DNA from: Candidatus Heimdallarchaeota archaeon
GTDB taxonomy: Archaea > Asgardarchaeota > Heimdallarchaeia > Heimdallarchaeales > Heimdallarchaeaceae
Assembly: GCA_016840095.1 (NCBI GenBank)
Contig: JAEOSZ010000012.1
Location: 1 to 11,168 of the forward strand
Direction: 5' to 3'
Length of the DNA stretch: 11,168 bases
Shown here: positions 1 to 6,854 of the stretch, piece after piece
Numbering within the stretch: the first letter of the stretch is position 1
Layout: the number at the start of each line of letters is the position of its first letter
Translations under genes and position numbers: made by a program
Notes under the pieces: model-generated
What the model was told of the DNA's origin: nothing
The model's database searches: none
What the model saw: the letters and a program-made list of their open reading frames with translations, nothing else

Positions 1-300
1 GTTGTTGGGAAGCCTGCGGTTACAACATCTACAGGAGAATCTTATGATACAATCCATGTAAAATACACTGATACAAGCTTGCTTGGTTGGAACGATTTCA
101 TTGATGTTGATGCTTATTATGAGATAGAAACAGGATTCTTAATTAAGCTAGTTGAAGATGATCTAGGTCTAGGTATGAAGTATGAATTTATTCCAGGTGA
201 GATAAAGCTAAGCTCAGGAATTCCCTTCTCTACTGTTGGATTAGTTATGGGTTTAATGGCAATAGGTCTTGTAGTATACTTCAATAGAAGGAAAAAATAA
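1..300 (+). CDS. 3' part of a secreted/surface protein with C-terminal TM anchor and RRKK tail (5' truncated by window edge)
   Basis: Frame 1 is open from base 1 (VVGKPAVTTSTGESYDTIHVKYTDTSLLGWND...), so the TTG at 79 in the ORF track is not the real start. It ends GIPF-STVGLVMGLMAIGLVVYFN-RRKK-TAA, a hydrophobic helix plus basic stop-transfer tail. It contains AYYEIETGFLIKL, resembling a motif in the two downstream genes. Confidence 0.8.
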   Translation, partial: VVGKPAVTTSTGESYDTIHVKYTDTSLLGWNDFIDVDAYYEIETGFLIKLVEDDLGLGMKYEFIPGEIKLSSGIPFSTVGLVMGLMAIGLVVYFNRRKK

Positions 301-325
301 CTTTTTTCTTCCAATCTTTTTTTCC
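301..325 (+). terminator. Pyrimidine/oligo-T tract, archaeal-type intrinsic terminator candidate
   Basis: CTTTTTTCTTCCAATCTTTTTTTCC immediately after the stop codon at 300. Confidence 0.55.
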
Positions 326-376
326 TATAATGTATAGCACTTATACTGATTTAGTATACTTTCCTTAACCTATTAT

Positions 377-420
377 TTTATATAATAAGATATACTAAGA
401 ATCTATTAGGGTGTTCAACC
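377..420 (+). promoter_or_regulatory. TATA box candidate (TTTATATA 377-384) plus SD-like leader motif TATTAGGGTGTTCAACC (404-420) before TTG start
   Basis: TATA-like box 37-44 nt upstream of the TTG at 421. The leader motif is nearly duplicated in front of the paralogue at 2346-2361. Confidence 0.55.
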
Positions 421-2253
421 TTGAAAAGAGGTACTGGATATATAATTTGCGCAAATCTAGTTATTACTATTTTAATTGGGGGTTTAATTAACGTTAACCC
501 TGTAAATGCTTATTCACCACTTTCTCTTGGTGATCAACTATTCTATACTGCTGATTTCAGTCATGAAAATGATTACATAAGTAGTACATTTTTCCTCACT
601 GATATGACTCCAATGTATTTTTCAGATCAACATATTTCTCATTATGAATTCGATTCTATTGAGAAACATAGCTATACTATTGGAAATACTTATTCTTCAT
701 ATTATGATATACGACACACTTCAACTTACCAAGATACATATAGAGATGAATACTGGAATAATTATGAGTATAATTATGTTTCATCTAGTTGGGATTGGAT
801 TAGTGGTGGTACTTACAACCAGCTTTATTCTGGAAGCAATACAATGTATCAATCTATGGGTTACAATGCTTCAACTCATATTCTAGATCCTGCTGGTCCC
901 TTCAGTTCAACCACTTATGACCATACTACTAGCAAAACCTATACAATAAACGGTATTTCTACTTCATACACTGTAGATGTTTATGTTTATGCTGCTGGAG
1001 GAGCAGGTATGAATCCTTATACATACTTTGATATTCCTTATGATGAATACTGGGATGATCTTTTTGTATATACCTACTATGTTGATGTCAGCACAGGTTT
1101 TGTACTTGAACTAGAAATAGATGAGACTTATCATTATTCTGCTTTTATTGATAATATCTATAGTGTATCTGTTGGTTCAAACATAACATATGTATATGAC
1201 GATCTTACACACAATGTCTACCATATGTACTTAGCACAAACAACCGCAGCATATGGCTCAACAGCTGATGCAGACTTACCTGGTATTGAATGGGACTGGG
1301 GATATAGCTATGAAATGACAGGCTATAAAAATTATGTTGATGTTTGGTTCTGGCTATATGATTCTTCTCCAGTTGATTTGGATATCTATAAAGAAGGAAT
1401 ATACATTGAAACAATCTTTGGGCTTACTGCAGGTCATCACAGTTATAGGTTATACTATGATGATATTCCTCCAAGTTTTGCAAGTATGGAGTTCAAAATA
1501 GTTGCTACAGATGTCTATGATCCATCCCATCAAACTGAATGGATGATGTGGATATCCGATTACAGACTCGACTGGCCACAAATTAATGGCCCTACTGGTG
1601 AATATTGGTACGACCTTGGAACTTCTAAAACATTTTACTGGACACTAACTGATGATAATATGGATCCTCATTACTATGAGTTTAAATTAGATGGATTTAT
1701 ACTTGCAGAAGGTTTATGGTTTGATGGTCAAGTACTAGCTCTTAATGCTGAAATCGAAATTACAACTCCAGGGGACTATGTTGTTAATATTTCTGCTAAT
1801 GATACGATGGGTCATGAATCTTACAAAACTCTTACAATACATGCAGGTACTGGAGATAGAATTCCACCAACTGTTACAAGTCCAGCTGATATCTATATGA
1901 AACCAGGTGAAATTAAACAAATTGATTGGGTTCTAACAGATGATAATCCATCACACTTCAAAGTTACTCGAAACGGAACTTCAATATTAGATCAGCCTTG
2001 GGCAATAAACAACTTTAATGTCAATGTTTCTCTTGACACTTTAGTTCTAGGAACATGGATTTTTGAGATTGAAGTGTGGGATCTTTATGGGAATTACAAC
2101 AATGATACAGTTATGGTCTATGTAACTGAAACAGGAACTAATCCAACTGGACCTTCTAATACAATTACTCTAGATGCTCCTGGAATTATTTATGCATTGA
2201 TTGGTTTTCTAAGCATTACTGCAATATCAGTTTACGTCAAAAAACGTAAATAA
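421..2253 (+). CDS. Secreted cell-surface glycoprotein: signal peptide, Tyr-rich beta domain, three Ig-like repeats, Pro/Thr linker, LDAPG-TM-KKRK anchor
   Basis: 610 aa ORF with N-terminal MKRG plus hydrophobic stretch ending VNA|YSPL. Repeats start at DADLP / DWPQINGP / DRIPPTVTSP and carry W..(T)D.N...Y and G.(Y/W)...I...D..G patterns typical of Ig-like beta-sandwiches. At least 7 N-x-S/T sequons. C-terminal TM plus KKRK. Collinear paralogue of 2362..4236. Confidence 0.85.
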   Translation: MKRGTGYIICANLVITILIGGLINVNPVNAYSPLSLGDQLFYTADFSHENDYISSTFFLTDMTPMYFSDQHISHYEFDSIEKHSYTIGNTYSSYYDIRHTSTYQDTYRDEYWNNYEYNYVSSSWDWISGGTYNQLYSGSNTMYQSMGYNASTHILDPAGPFSSTTYDHTTSKTYTINGISTSYTVDVYVYAAGGAGMNPYTYFDIPYDEYWDDLFVYTYYVDVSTGFVLELEIDETYHYSAFIDNIYSVSVGSNITYVYDDLTHNVYHMYLAQTTAAYGSTADADLPGIEWDWGYSYEMTGYKNYVDVWFWLYDSSPVDLDIYKEGIYIETIFGLTAGHHSYRLYYDDIPPSFASMEFKIVATDVYDPSHQTEWMMWISDYRLDWPQINGPTGEYWYDLGTSKTFYWTLTDDNMDPHYYEFKLDGFILAEGLWFDGQVLALNAEIEITTPGDYVVNISANDTMGHESYKTLTIHAGTGDRIPPTVTSPADIYMKPGEIKQIDWVLTDDNPSHFKVTRNGTSILDQPWAINNFNVNVSLDTLVLGTWIFEIEVWDLYGNYNNDTVMVYVTETGTNPTGPSNTITLDAPGIIYALIGFLSITAISVYVKKRK

Positions 2254-2284
2254 CCTCCCTTCTTTTTTTATTTTGCTTCTTTTT
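2254..2284 (+). terminator. Oligo-T terminator candidate
   Basis: CCTCCCTTCTTTTTTTATTTTGCTTCTTTTT right after the stop at 2253. Confidence 0.55.
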
Positions 2285-2305
2285 ACAAATCTTATCGCTG
2301 ATTCC

Positions 2306-2361
2306 TTTACCACTTTACTTAAAAGGTAAAACTAGCTTTATAATATATTAGGGGATTAACC
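2306..2361 (+). promoter_or_regulatory. Promoter region: TTTACC...GGTAAA inverted repeat around TTAAAA (2319-2324), and SD-like TATTAGGGGATTAACC (2346-2361)
   Basis: Inverted repeat arms at 2306-2311 and 2325-2330. The leader motif matches 404-420. An alternative TATA candidate is TTTATAA at 2338-2344. Confidence 0.45.
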
Positions 2362-4236
2362 TTGAAAAGGGGTCAAACAACAATTTTACTTAGTGTATTA
2401 GTTGTCTCTATGTTTGCAGCAGGATTTTCACAAGTACAAGCTGCCATTGGATATCAACCATTATCACCAGGAGATCAACTTTTATATAAAAATGAATTCT
2501 ACTTCTATGAAGAAATAGAATCAAAGCTATTTCATTATACAGATGTCTCACCTACTGCCGAATCTCATTGGGTAATAGATCATTGGGATTACGTGTATGA
2601 TGAACTTGAGAGCTATTCAGTTAATTCTATTGATACAACTATTGGAAATGTGAATTATACATGGTCTCTCTTTGATAGAACTAATAATCGGTCCCAAGTA
2701 GATTTCTATTACAATTATGGAATATCTGATTGGGTACAGAACAACTCATATCTTGACTTAGTTCCAGTTTCACTCAGTAGTTTTGAAGTAAAAGATTTCA
2801 ATGTTTATGATGGAACTCTCAATCTAGATGCAACTGAATGGTTCAATCCATCATATCTTGATCATACAGAAGTGAGATACTATGTAATTAATGGTATCAA
2901 CAGTTCTTACAATGTTGACGTTTATATTGATACAGTCGCTGATGCTTTGAATAATCTATTGGACTATTATGGGATTACAGTTCAAGAAGACAATCCATAT
3001 GGATGGACAGACATTTTCTATGTAGATAGTGATTCAGGTTTTCTGCTCGAATATGATACATATTATTATGATAATTATTACAGAGAAATCGACAATAAAC
3101 ACAGTGCAACTTTAGGAACTAATGTTGATTATTATTACAATCACACATACACTTACTATTATAATTGGAAACTTCACGAAACAACAGTAGCATTTACTCC
3201 AGTTATAGATGCTGATTTACCTGCTATGGTTATTGATGATGGATATTCCTATGAGATTAGAGGTGACAGTGACACTCTGCCAATTTACTTTGATTTATAT
3301 GATTCATGGACTACCATGTCAGTTGATGTGTATTTAGATGGAAGTCTTATCGATAATCTGGTAGGTTTAACAGCTGGAAACAATGTCTATAATTTGGACA
3401 CAAAATATATTCCTATTAGTTCTAATAATCACACTGTGCAATTTATTGTTTCTGATGATACAAGTAAAAATCACAATACTACTTGGTCTTTGGAAATTCA
3501 AGACATAAGACCTGATTGGCCTAGAATAACCGGTCCAGAAGGTGATTACTATTACACCCTGGGAGATTTTGAAACTCTTAGCTGGTATCTATTTGATGAT
3601 TTTGATAATGCAGATTATTATGAATTGAAATTAAATACTGTTGTTGTTCACTCTGGAAGCTGGTCAAATGGAACTGAAATCAATCTAAACTTAGAAACAA
3701 ACCTCACAGCAATTGGTGATTATTTTGTAACAATATTTGCTAGTGATTTGAATGGATACTATACATACTATGACTTAATAATCCATGTGTCAGATGTTCC
3801 AGATGCAACTCCACCGATAATTACTGGCCCTACTAGTACAATTACTATCAATAAAGGAGATAGTGTTCAACTAGTGTGGAATATTCAAGATGAAAATCCT
3901 AATTATTACATTGTAAAACTAAACGGAACTGAGATTATCAATACTCCTTGGTTTATTGAAGATTTCAATGTAATCATTAATCTTGATACTTTGGATGTAG
4001 GTTTTTGGCATTATGAAATCTATGCATACGATATGGCCGGAAATCCAAGCTCTGACTTTGCTTATGTTGAAGTAACAGATGATATAGCTGAGCCTACCGA
4101 GCCTACCGATCCTACCGATCCTACCGATCCAAATAGTTCTAATACTTTGACACTTGATGCTCCTGGAGTAATTACAACAATCCTAGGATTTGTAAGTGTA
4201 GTAGCTCTTGTAACAATAATTCGAAAAAGAAAGTAA
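2362..4236 (+). CDS. Secreted cell-surface glycoprotein, paralogue of 421..2253 (Tyr-rich beta domain, three Ig-like repeats, (E/D)PT linker, LDAPG-TM-RKRK anchor)
   Basis: 624 aa ORF with MKRG signal peptide ending VQA. Blocks shared with the paralogue: Y.PLS.GDQL.Y, Y.INGI..SY.VDVY, YVD...GF.LE, DADLP, DWP.I.GP.G.Y.Y.LG, D.NP, NGT.I...PW....FNV...LDTL..G.W..EI, TLDAPG. At least 11 N-x-S/T sequons. Confidence 0.85.
   Translation: MKRGQTTILLSVLVVSMFAAGFSQVQAAIGYQPLSPGDQLLYKNEFYFYEEIESKLFHYTDVSPTAESHWVIDHWDYVYDELESYSVNSIDTTIGNVNYTWSLFDRTNNRSQVDFYYNYGISDWVQNNSYLDLVPVSLSSFEVKDFNVYDGTLNLDATEWFNPSYLDHTEVRYYVINGINSSYNVDVYIDTVADALNNLLDYYGITVQEDNPYGWTDIFYVDSDSGFLLEYDTYYYDNYYREIDNKHSATLGTNVDYYYNHTYTYYYNWKLHETTVAFTPVIDADLPAMVIDDGYSYEIRGDSDTLPIYFDLYDSWTTMSVDVYLDGSLIDNLVGLTAGNNVYNLDTKYIPISSNNHTVQFIVSDDTSKNHNTTWSLEIQDIRPDWPRITGPEGDYYYTLGDFETLSWYLFDDFDNADYYELKLNTVVVHSGSWSNGTEINLNLETNLTAIGDYFVTIFASDLNGYYTYYDLIIHVSDVPDATPPIITGPTSTITINKGDSVQLVWNIQDENPNYYIVKLNGTEIINTPWFIEDFNVIINLDTLDVGFWHYEIYAYDMAGNPSSDFAYVEVTDDIAEPTEPTDPTDPTDPNSSNTLTLDAPGVITTILGFVSVVALVTIIRKRK
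4090..4130 (+). repeat. In-frame 9-bp tandem repeat GA(G/T)CCTACC x~4.5 encoding EPT-EPT-DPT-DPT-DP linker
   Basis: GAGCCTACC GAGCCTACC GATCCTACC GATCCTACC GATCC read directly; in frame with CDS 2362. Confidence 0.95.
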
Positions 4237-4246
4237 TGCTTTCTTT

Positions 4247-5308
4247 CTATTTTTTATTTATTTCGTTGATTAGCTCTTCTTGATTCAAAACACCAGAAGG
4301 TGTAATATATCCTGAAATTAGATTAGGAGGGGTTATATCAAATGCTGGATTAAGGACTTCTGAACCAGGATTTGCTACTAATATTTCTTCTGTTTGACCT
4401 TTTACATATTTTACTTCATTAGAATCTCTGAGTTCTATTTTGAATTCATCAATACTTTCTGAATCTTTGTCAATAGTTGACCAAGGAAAAGCTGAGTAAA
4501 ATGGAATAGTATGATAATTTGCAGCTAAGGCCACAGAATAAGTACCAATTTTGTTAGAAATTGTTCCATCTTTCATACACCTATCAGCTCCAAGTATTAC
4601 TTTACTAATTTCTCCTTTAGACATTAGGAATGCAGCTACAGAATCGGAGATGATTTGATGGCTTATTCCTTCTTGTTCTAATTCCCAACCAGTTATTTTG
4701 GCTCCTTGTAATCTAGGTCTTGTTTCATCTGCAATAACATGAATTTCCTTTCCCTGATTATGCGCATGAATAATCGTTCCAAGAGCAGTGCCATAATCAA
4801 CAGTAGCTAAAGGTCCTGCATTACAGTGAGTTAATATTGTATCTCCATCATTGATGATTTCAGCTCCTTTTTCACAAATTAATCGACATTCTTCTAGTAC
4901 TAAATTACATAATCTTCTAGCAGCTAAAAATGATTCTTCTACTGAAAAATTTGTTTCCAAAGCTGCTTGATAAACTCGAAAGGAATAGTTGTTCAAATCA
5001 ACAGCTGTAGGTCTGGTTGCTTGAATTAAATCTAGTTTTTCTTCAAGCTTCTCCTTTTTGTCACATAATGGAGTATCTTCAATTTCCTTAACTGCTAAAG
5101 CTGTTGCATATGCTGCTGTTACACCTATAGCTGGAGCTCCTCTTACTACCATCGTTTTAATTGCTTCACAAATGTCACCAACTGTTGTATACTGATTGAA
5201 TTTAACTTCAAATGGAATCAACCGTTGATCAATAAGAGTCAAATGATTTTTTTCAAAATCCCATTCAACTGACTTAATGTTCTCTAATCCTAAGCTTTTA
5301 ATCTTCAC
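4247..5308 (-). CDS. mtnA: S-methyl-5-thioribose-1-phosphate isomerase (eIF-2B alpha/beta/delta-like family)
   Basis: Signature motifs LIDQRLIP, MVVRGAPAIG, TRPTAVDL, ILTHCNAGPLATVDYGTALG, DETRPRLQGA, GADR, NKIGTY, NPAFDITP. Start placed at GTG 5308 (the ORF track uses TTG 5317) because TTTAATAT (5336-5329) sits 21-28 nt upstream. Confidence 0.92.
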   Translation of the reverse strand: MKIKSLGLENIKSVEWDFEKNHLTLIDQRLIPFEVKFNQYTTVGDICEAIKTMVVRGAPAIGVTAAYATALAVKEIEDTPLCDKKEKLEEKLDLIQATRPTAVDLNNYSFRVYQAALETNFSVEESFLAARRLCNLVLEECRLICEKGAEIINDGDTILTHCNAGPLATVDYGTALGTIIHAHNQGKEIHVIADETRPRLQGAKITGWELEQEGISHQIISDSVAAFLMSKGEISKVILGADRCMKDGTISNKIGTYSVALAANYHTIPFYSAFPWSTIDKDSESIDEFKIELRDSNEVKYVKGQTEEILVANPGSEVLNPAFDITPPNLISGYITPSGVLNQEELINEINKK

Positions 5309-5351
5309 AAGAAACAAAGAAAAAAGGAATATTAAAGTTTAATTGCGATTA

Positions 5352-6236
5352 TCAAAGATTCTTACCAATAAACTTAGGTAAATATTCTCTAATAGCTTCA
5401 ACCATTGCTTCATTATGTGTAGCTCTATTTGTTCCTAAATTTATGTAAGTTGAATTCTCGATCATGCCTTCTACTCTTTTAGTAGCTTTTGCATCATGCA
5501 TTTTGTCAACCTCTGCAGCAACTAGAAGAACATGATTTTTAACATGCGGAAAGAGTTTCCAGTATCTTTTGTATGCAAGTCTTAAACCTAATCTTTTCCA
5601 TCTTTTTACTTCTGCTTCTTCTACTGTTCTGATATATTTAGCAGCTTGAACCTTATCTTCAGATTTTGATTTTGTGATCCAGAATCTAATTATGGGTTTT
5701 GCAACTGGCCAAAGAAAGGTTGGACCAATAGGTATCAATTGTCTTAATACTGGAGGTACCTCAAATCTTCCTGGTGGTGCTAGTAAAACAGGCATAAAGG
5801 GAGAAAACATTTCCTCTACTAAACCATAACATATCATTGTTGCTCCAATGCAAGACCCAAAAAGAACTAGTTTTGATTGATCTATCTTGAGACTTTCAAT
5901 GGTTTCCTTGATATCTAAAACCATTCTATGCATTCCTACATCTGATTTCCTTGTGTAACCACTAGAAGCTTTTTCTCTTGATTCATAATAAATTACATCA
6001 AAATCTTTTGCGGCTTCCATTAGGAATACATCCCAAGATGGTAAAACTGTTCCCCAACCAGAGATGACAAAGAGGGTATATCCATTTCTTTCATTTGTAG
6101 GTGCTTCAGATGTATAAACTCTAACTGTTGTATTATCTGACATCATCACATCAAGAGATTTAGCTTCTTTTTCAAATTGAGCAACTAAAGGAAAAATTTC
6201 TTCTTTCTTCTTTTTCTCCTTCTTCTCCTTTTTCAT
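5352..6236 (-). CDS. Alpha/beta-fold hydrolase with Cys at the nucleophile elbow (G-S-C-I-G)
   Basis: FVISGWG (oxyanion-hole loop), YYESREKASS (D/E-x-R-G-x-G-x-S-like), LVLFGSCIGA, candidate acid LLVAAEVD, candidate His RATH. Start moved to ATG 6236: this removes the overlap with 6292..6795, and a BRE/TATA-like GAAAGATTTTTAAAT lies 22-36 nt upstream. Confidence 0.8.
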   Translation of the reverse strand: MKKEKKEKKKKEEIFPLVAQFEKEAKSLDVMMSDNTTVRVYTSEAPTNERNGYTLFVISGWGTVLPSWDVFLMEAAKDFDVIYYESREKASSGYTRKSDVGMHRMVLDIKETIESLKIDQSKLVLFGSCIGATMICYGLVEEMFSPFMPVLLAPPGRFEVPPVLRQLIPIGPTFLWPVAKPIIRFWITKSKSEDKVQAAKYIRTVEEAEVKRWKRLGLRLAYKRYWKLFPHVKNHVLLVAAEVDKMHDAKATKRVEGMIENSTYINLGTNRATHNEAMVEAIREYLPKFIGKNL

Positions 6237-6257
6237 AGACAATGAGAAAAAGTATTC

Positions 6258-6272
6258 ATTTAAAAATCTTTC
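6258..6272 (-). promoter_or_regulatory. BRE-TATA promoter candidate GAAAGATTTTTAAAT for the hydrolase
   Basis: Matches the archaeal purine-rich BRE plus TTTAAAT arrangement at leaderless distance from ATG 6236. Confidence 0.6.
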
Positions 6273-6291
6273 AAAAGAAAAAAGAAGAATT

Positions 6292-6795
6292 CTATCGATT
6301 TCCTTGATAGAATTTAGAGTCAATTGCTAGAGCTGCAGCTAGACCAAATAATGGTTCTAGAGGTGGGTAAACATCTACTCTGTAAGTATCCTTTATTCGG
6401 AAAACTTTTTTGTCTAAAGTAAAGCCAATACTTCCATCTCTACCTACTGCATTGAAGGACCAACCCAATATATCTGAAGCTGTATAGTGATTCCCAGCTA
6501 AAGTAACATCAAATTTTATCCCACAAAATCTAATCAATGGAAATTCAACTTCACCAACAAGGTTGGCTCCTTGAGTAATTTTCCATCTATTTTGAAAGAA
6601 GAAATTCCCTTTTACCTTAGCTACTTCTTGTCCTTGGAGATTCTCGATAATAATTGTTGGTGACCATGTAAACAATCTCCTTTTAGCTACAAAGACTTTG
6701 TTTCCTGTAGCGACATCAATTATATCATAAGTTGCTCTGAATGCAAGAATTCTCTGTGAAACCTTAAATCCGAATGGAGCATTTGATTGTGCCAT
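6292..6795 (-). CDS. LURP-one-related / Tubby C-terminal / scramblase-like beta-barrel protein (paralogue 1)
   Basis: Pattern F.V.Q+I...R..Y.I.D...G..VF, repeated beta-hairpin units (I.N.QGQEVAKV, G.I.F.LDKK.F.IKDTY.V.V) and a C-terminal hydrophobic helix ending LAID. Confidence 0.8.
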   Translation of the reverse strand: MAQSNAPFGFKVSQRILAFRATYDIIDVATGNKVFVAKRRLFTWSPTIIIENLQGQEVAKVKGNFFFQNRWKITQGANLVGEVEFPLIRFCGIKFDVTLAGNHYTASDILGWSFNAVGRDGSIGFTLDKKVFRIKDTYRVDVYPPLEPLFGLAAALAIDSKFYQGNR

Positions 6796-6854
6796 AACTT
6801 CTTAAACATATATTTCTATTTTAAACGTTATGACAAAGGAAATGAAAATTTTTT

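Noticed and set aside
117-314. 65-aa minus-strand ORF
   Set aside because: Antisense shadow of the 1..300 CDS; no recognisable features.
644-886. 80-aa plus-strand hydrophobic ORF in an alternative frame
   Set aside because: Nested in 421..2253; the Ile/Met/Leu richness is the expected frame-shift artefact of TAT/GAT/AAT-rich codons.
1205-1920. Minus-strand ORFs 1205..1414 and 1735..1920
   Set aside because: Short antisense ORFs inside a well-supported gene.
4090-4130. Short direct repeats as a possible CRISPR or mobile-element signature
   Set aside because: Contiguous 9-bp units without spacers, in frame within a linker.
421-4236. Tyr/Asn-rich paralogues as diversity-generating retroelement targets
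   Set aside because: No reverse transcriptase in the window, and I saw no near-identical TR/VR pair differing only at adenines.
4247-5308. Alternative call as ribose-1,5-bisphosphate isomerase or eIF-2B subunit (eukaryotic-signature protein)
   Set aside because: HCNAG.LAT..YGTALG, IDQR.IP and ETRP.LQGA motifs are characteristic of the MtnA subfamily.
5352-6236. PHA synthase (PhaC) call based on GxCxG
   Set aside because: I do not see PhaC-type motifs around the lipase box, and there is no phaE/phaA/phaB neighbour.
6237-6323. N-terminal extension of the hydrolase ORF to TTG 6323
   Set aside because: Overlaps the upstream gene and runs through its terminator and the BRE/TATA; ATG 6236 is better supported.
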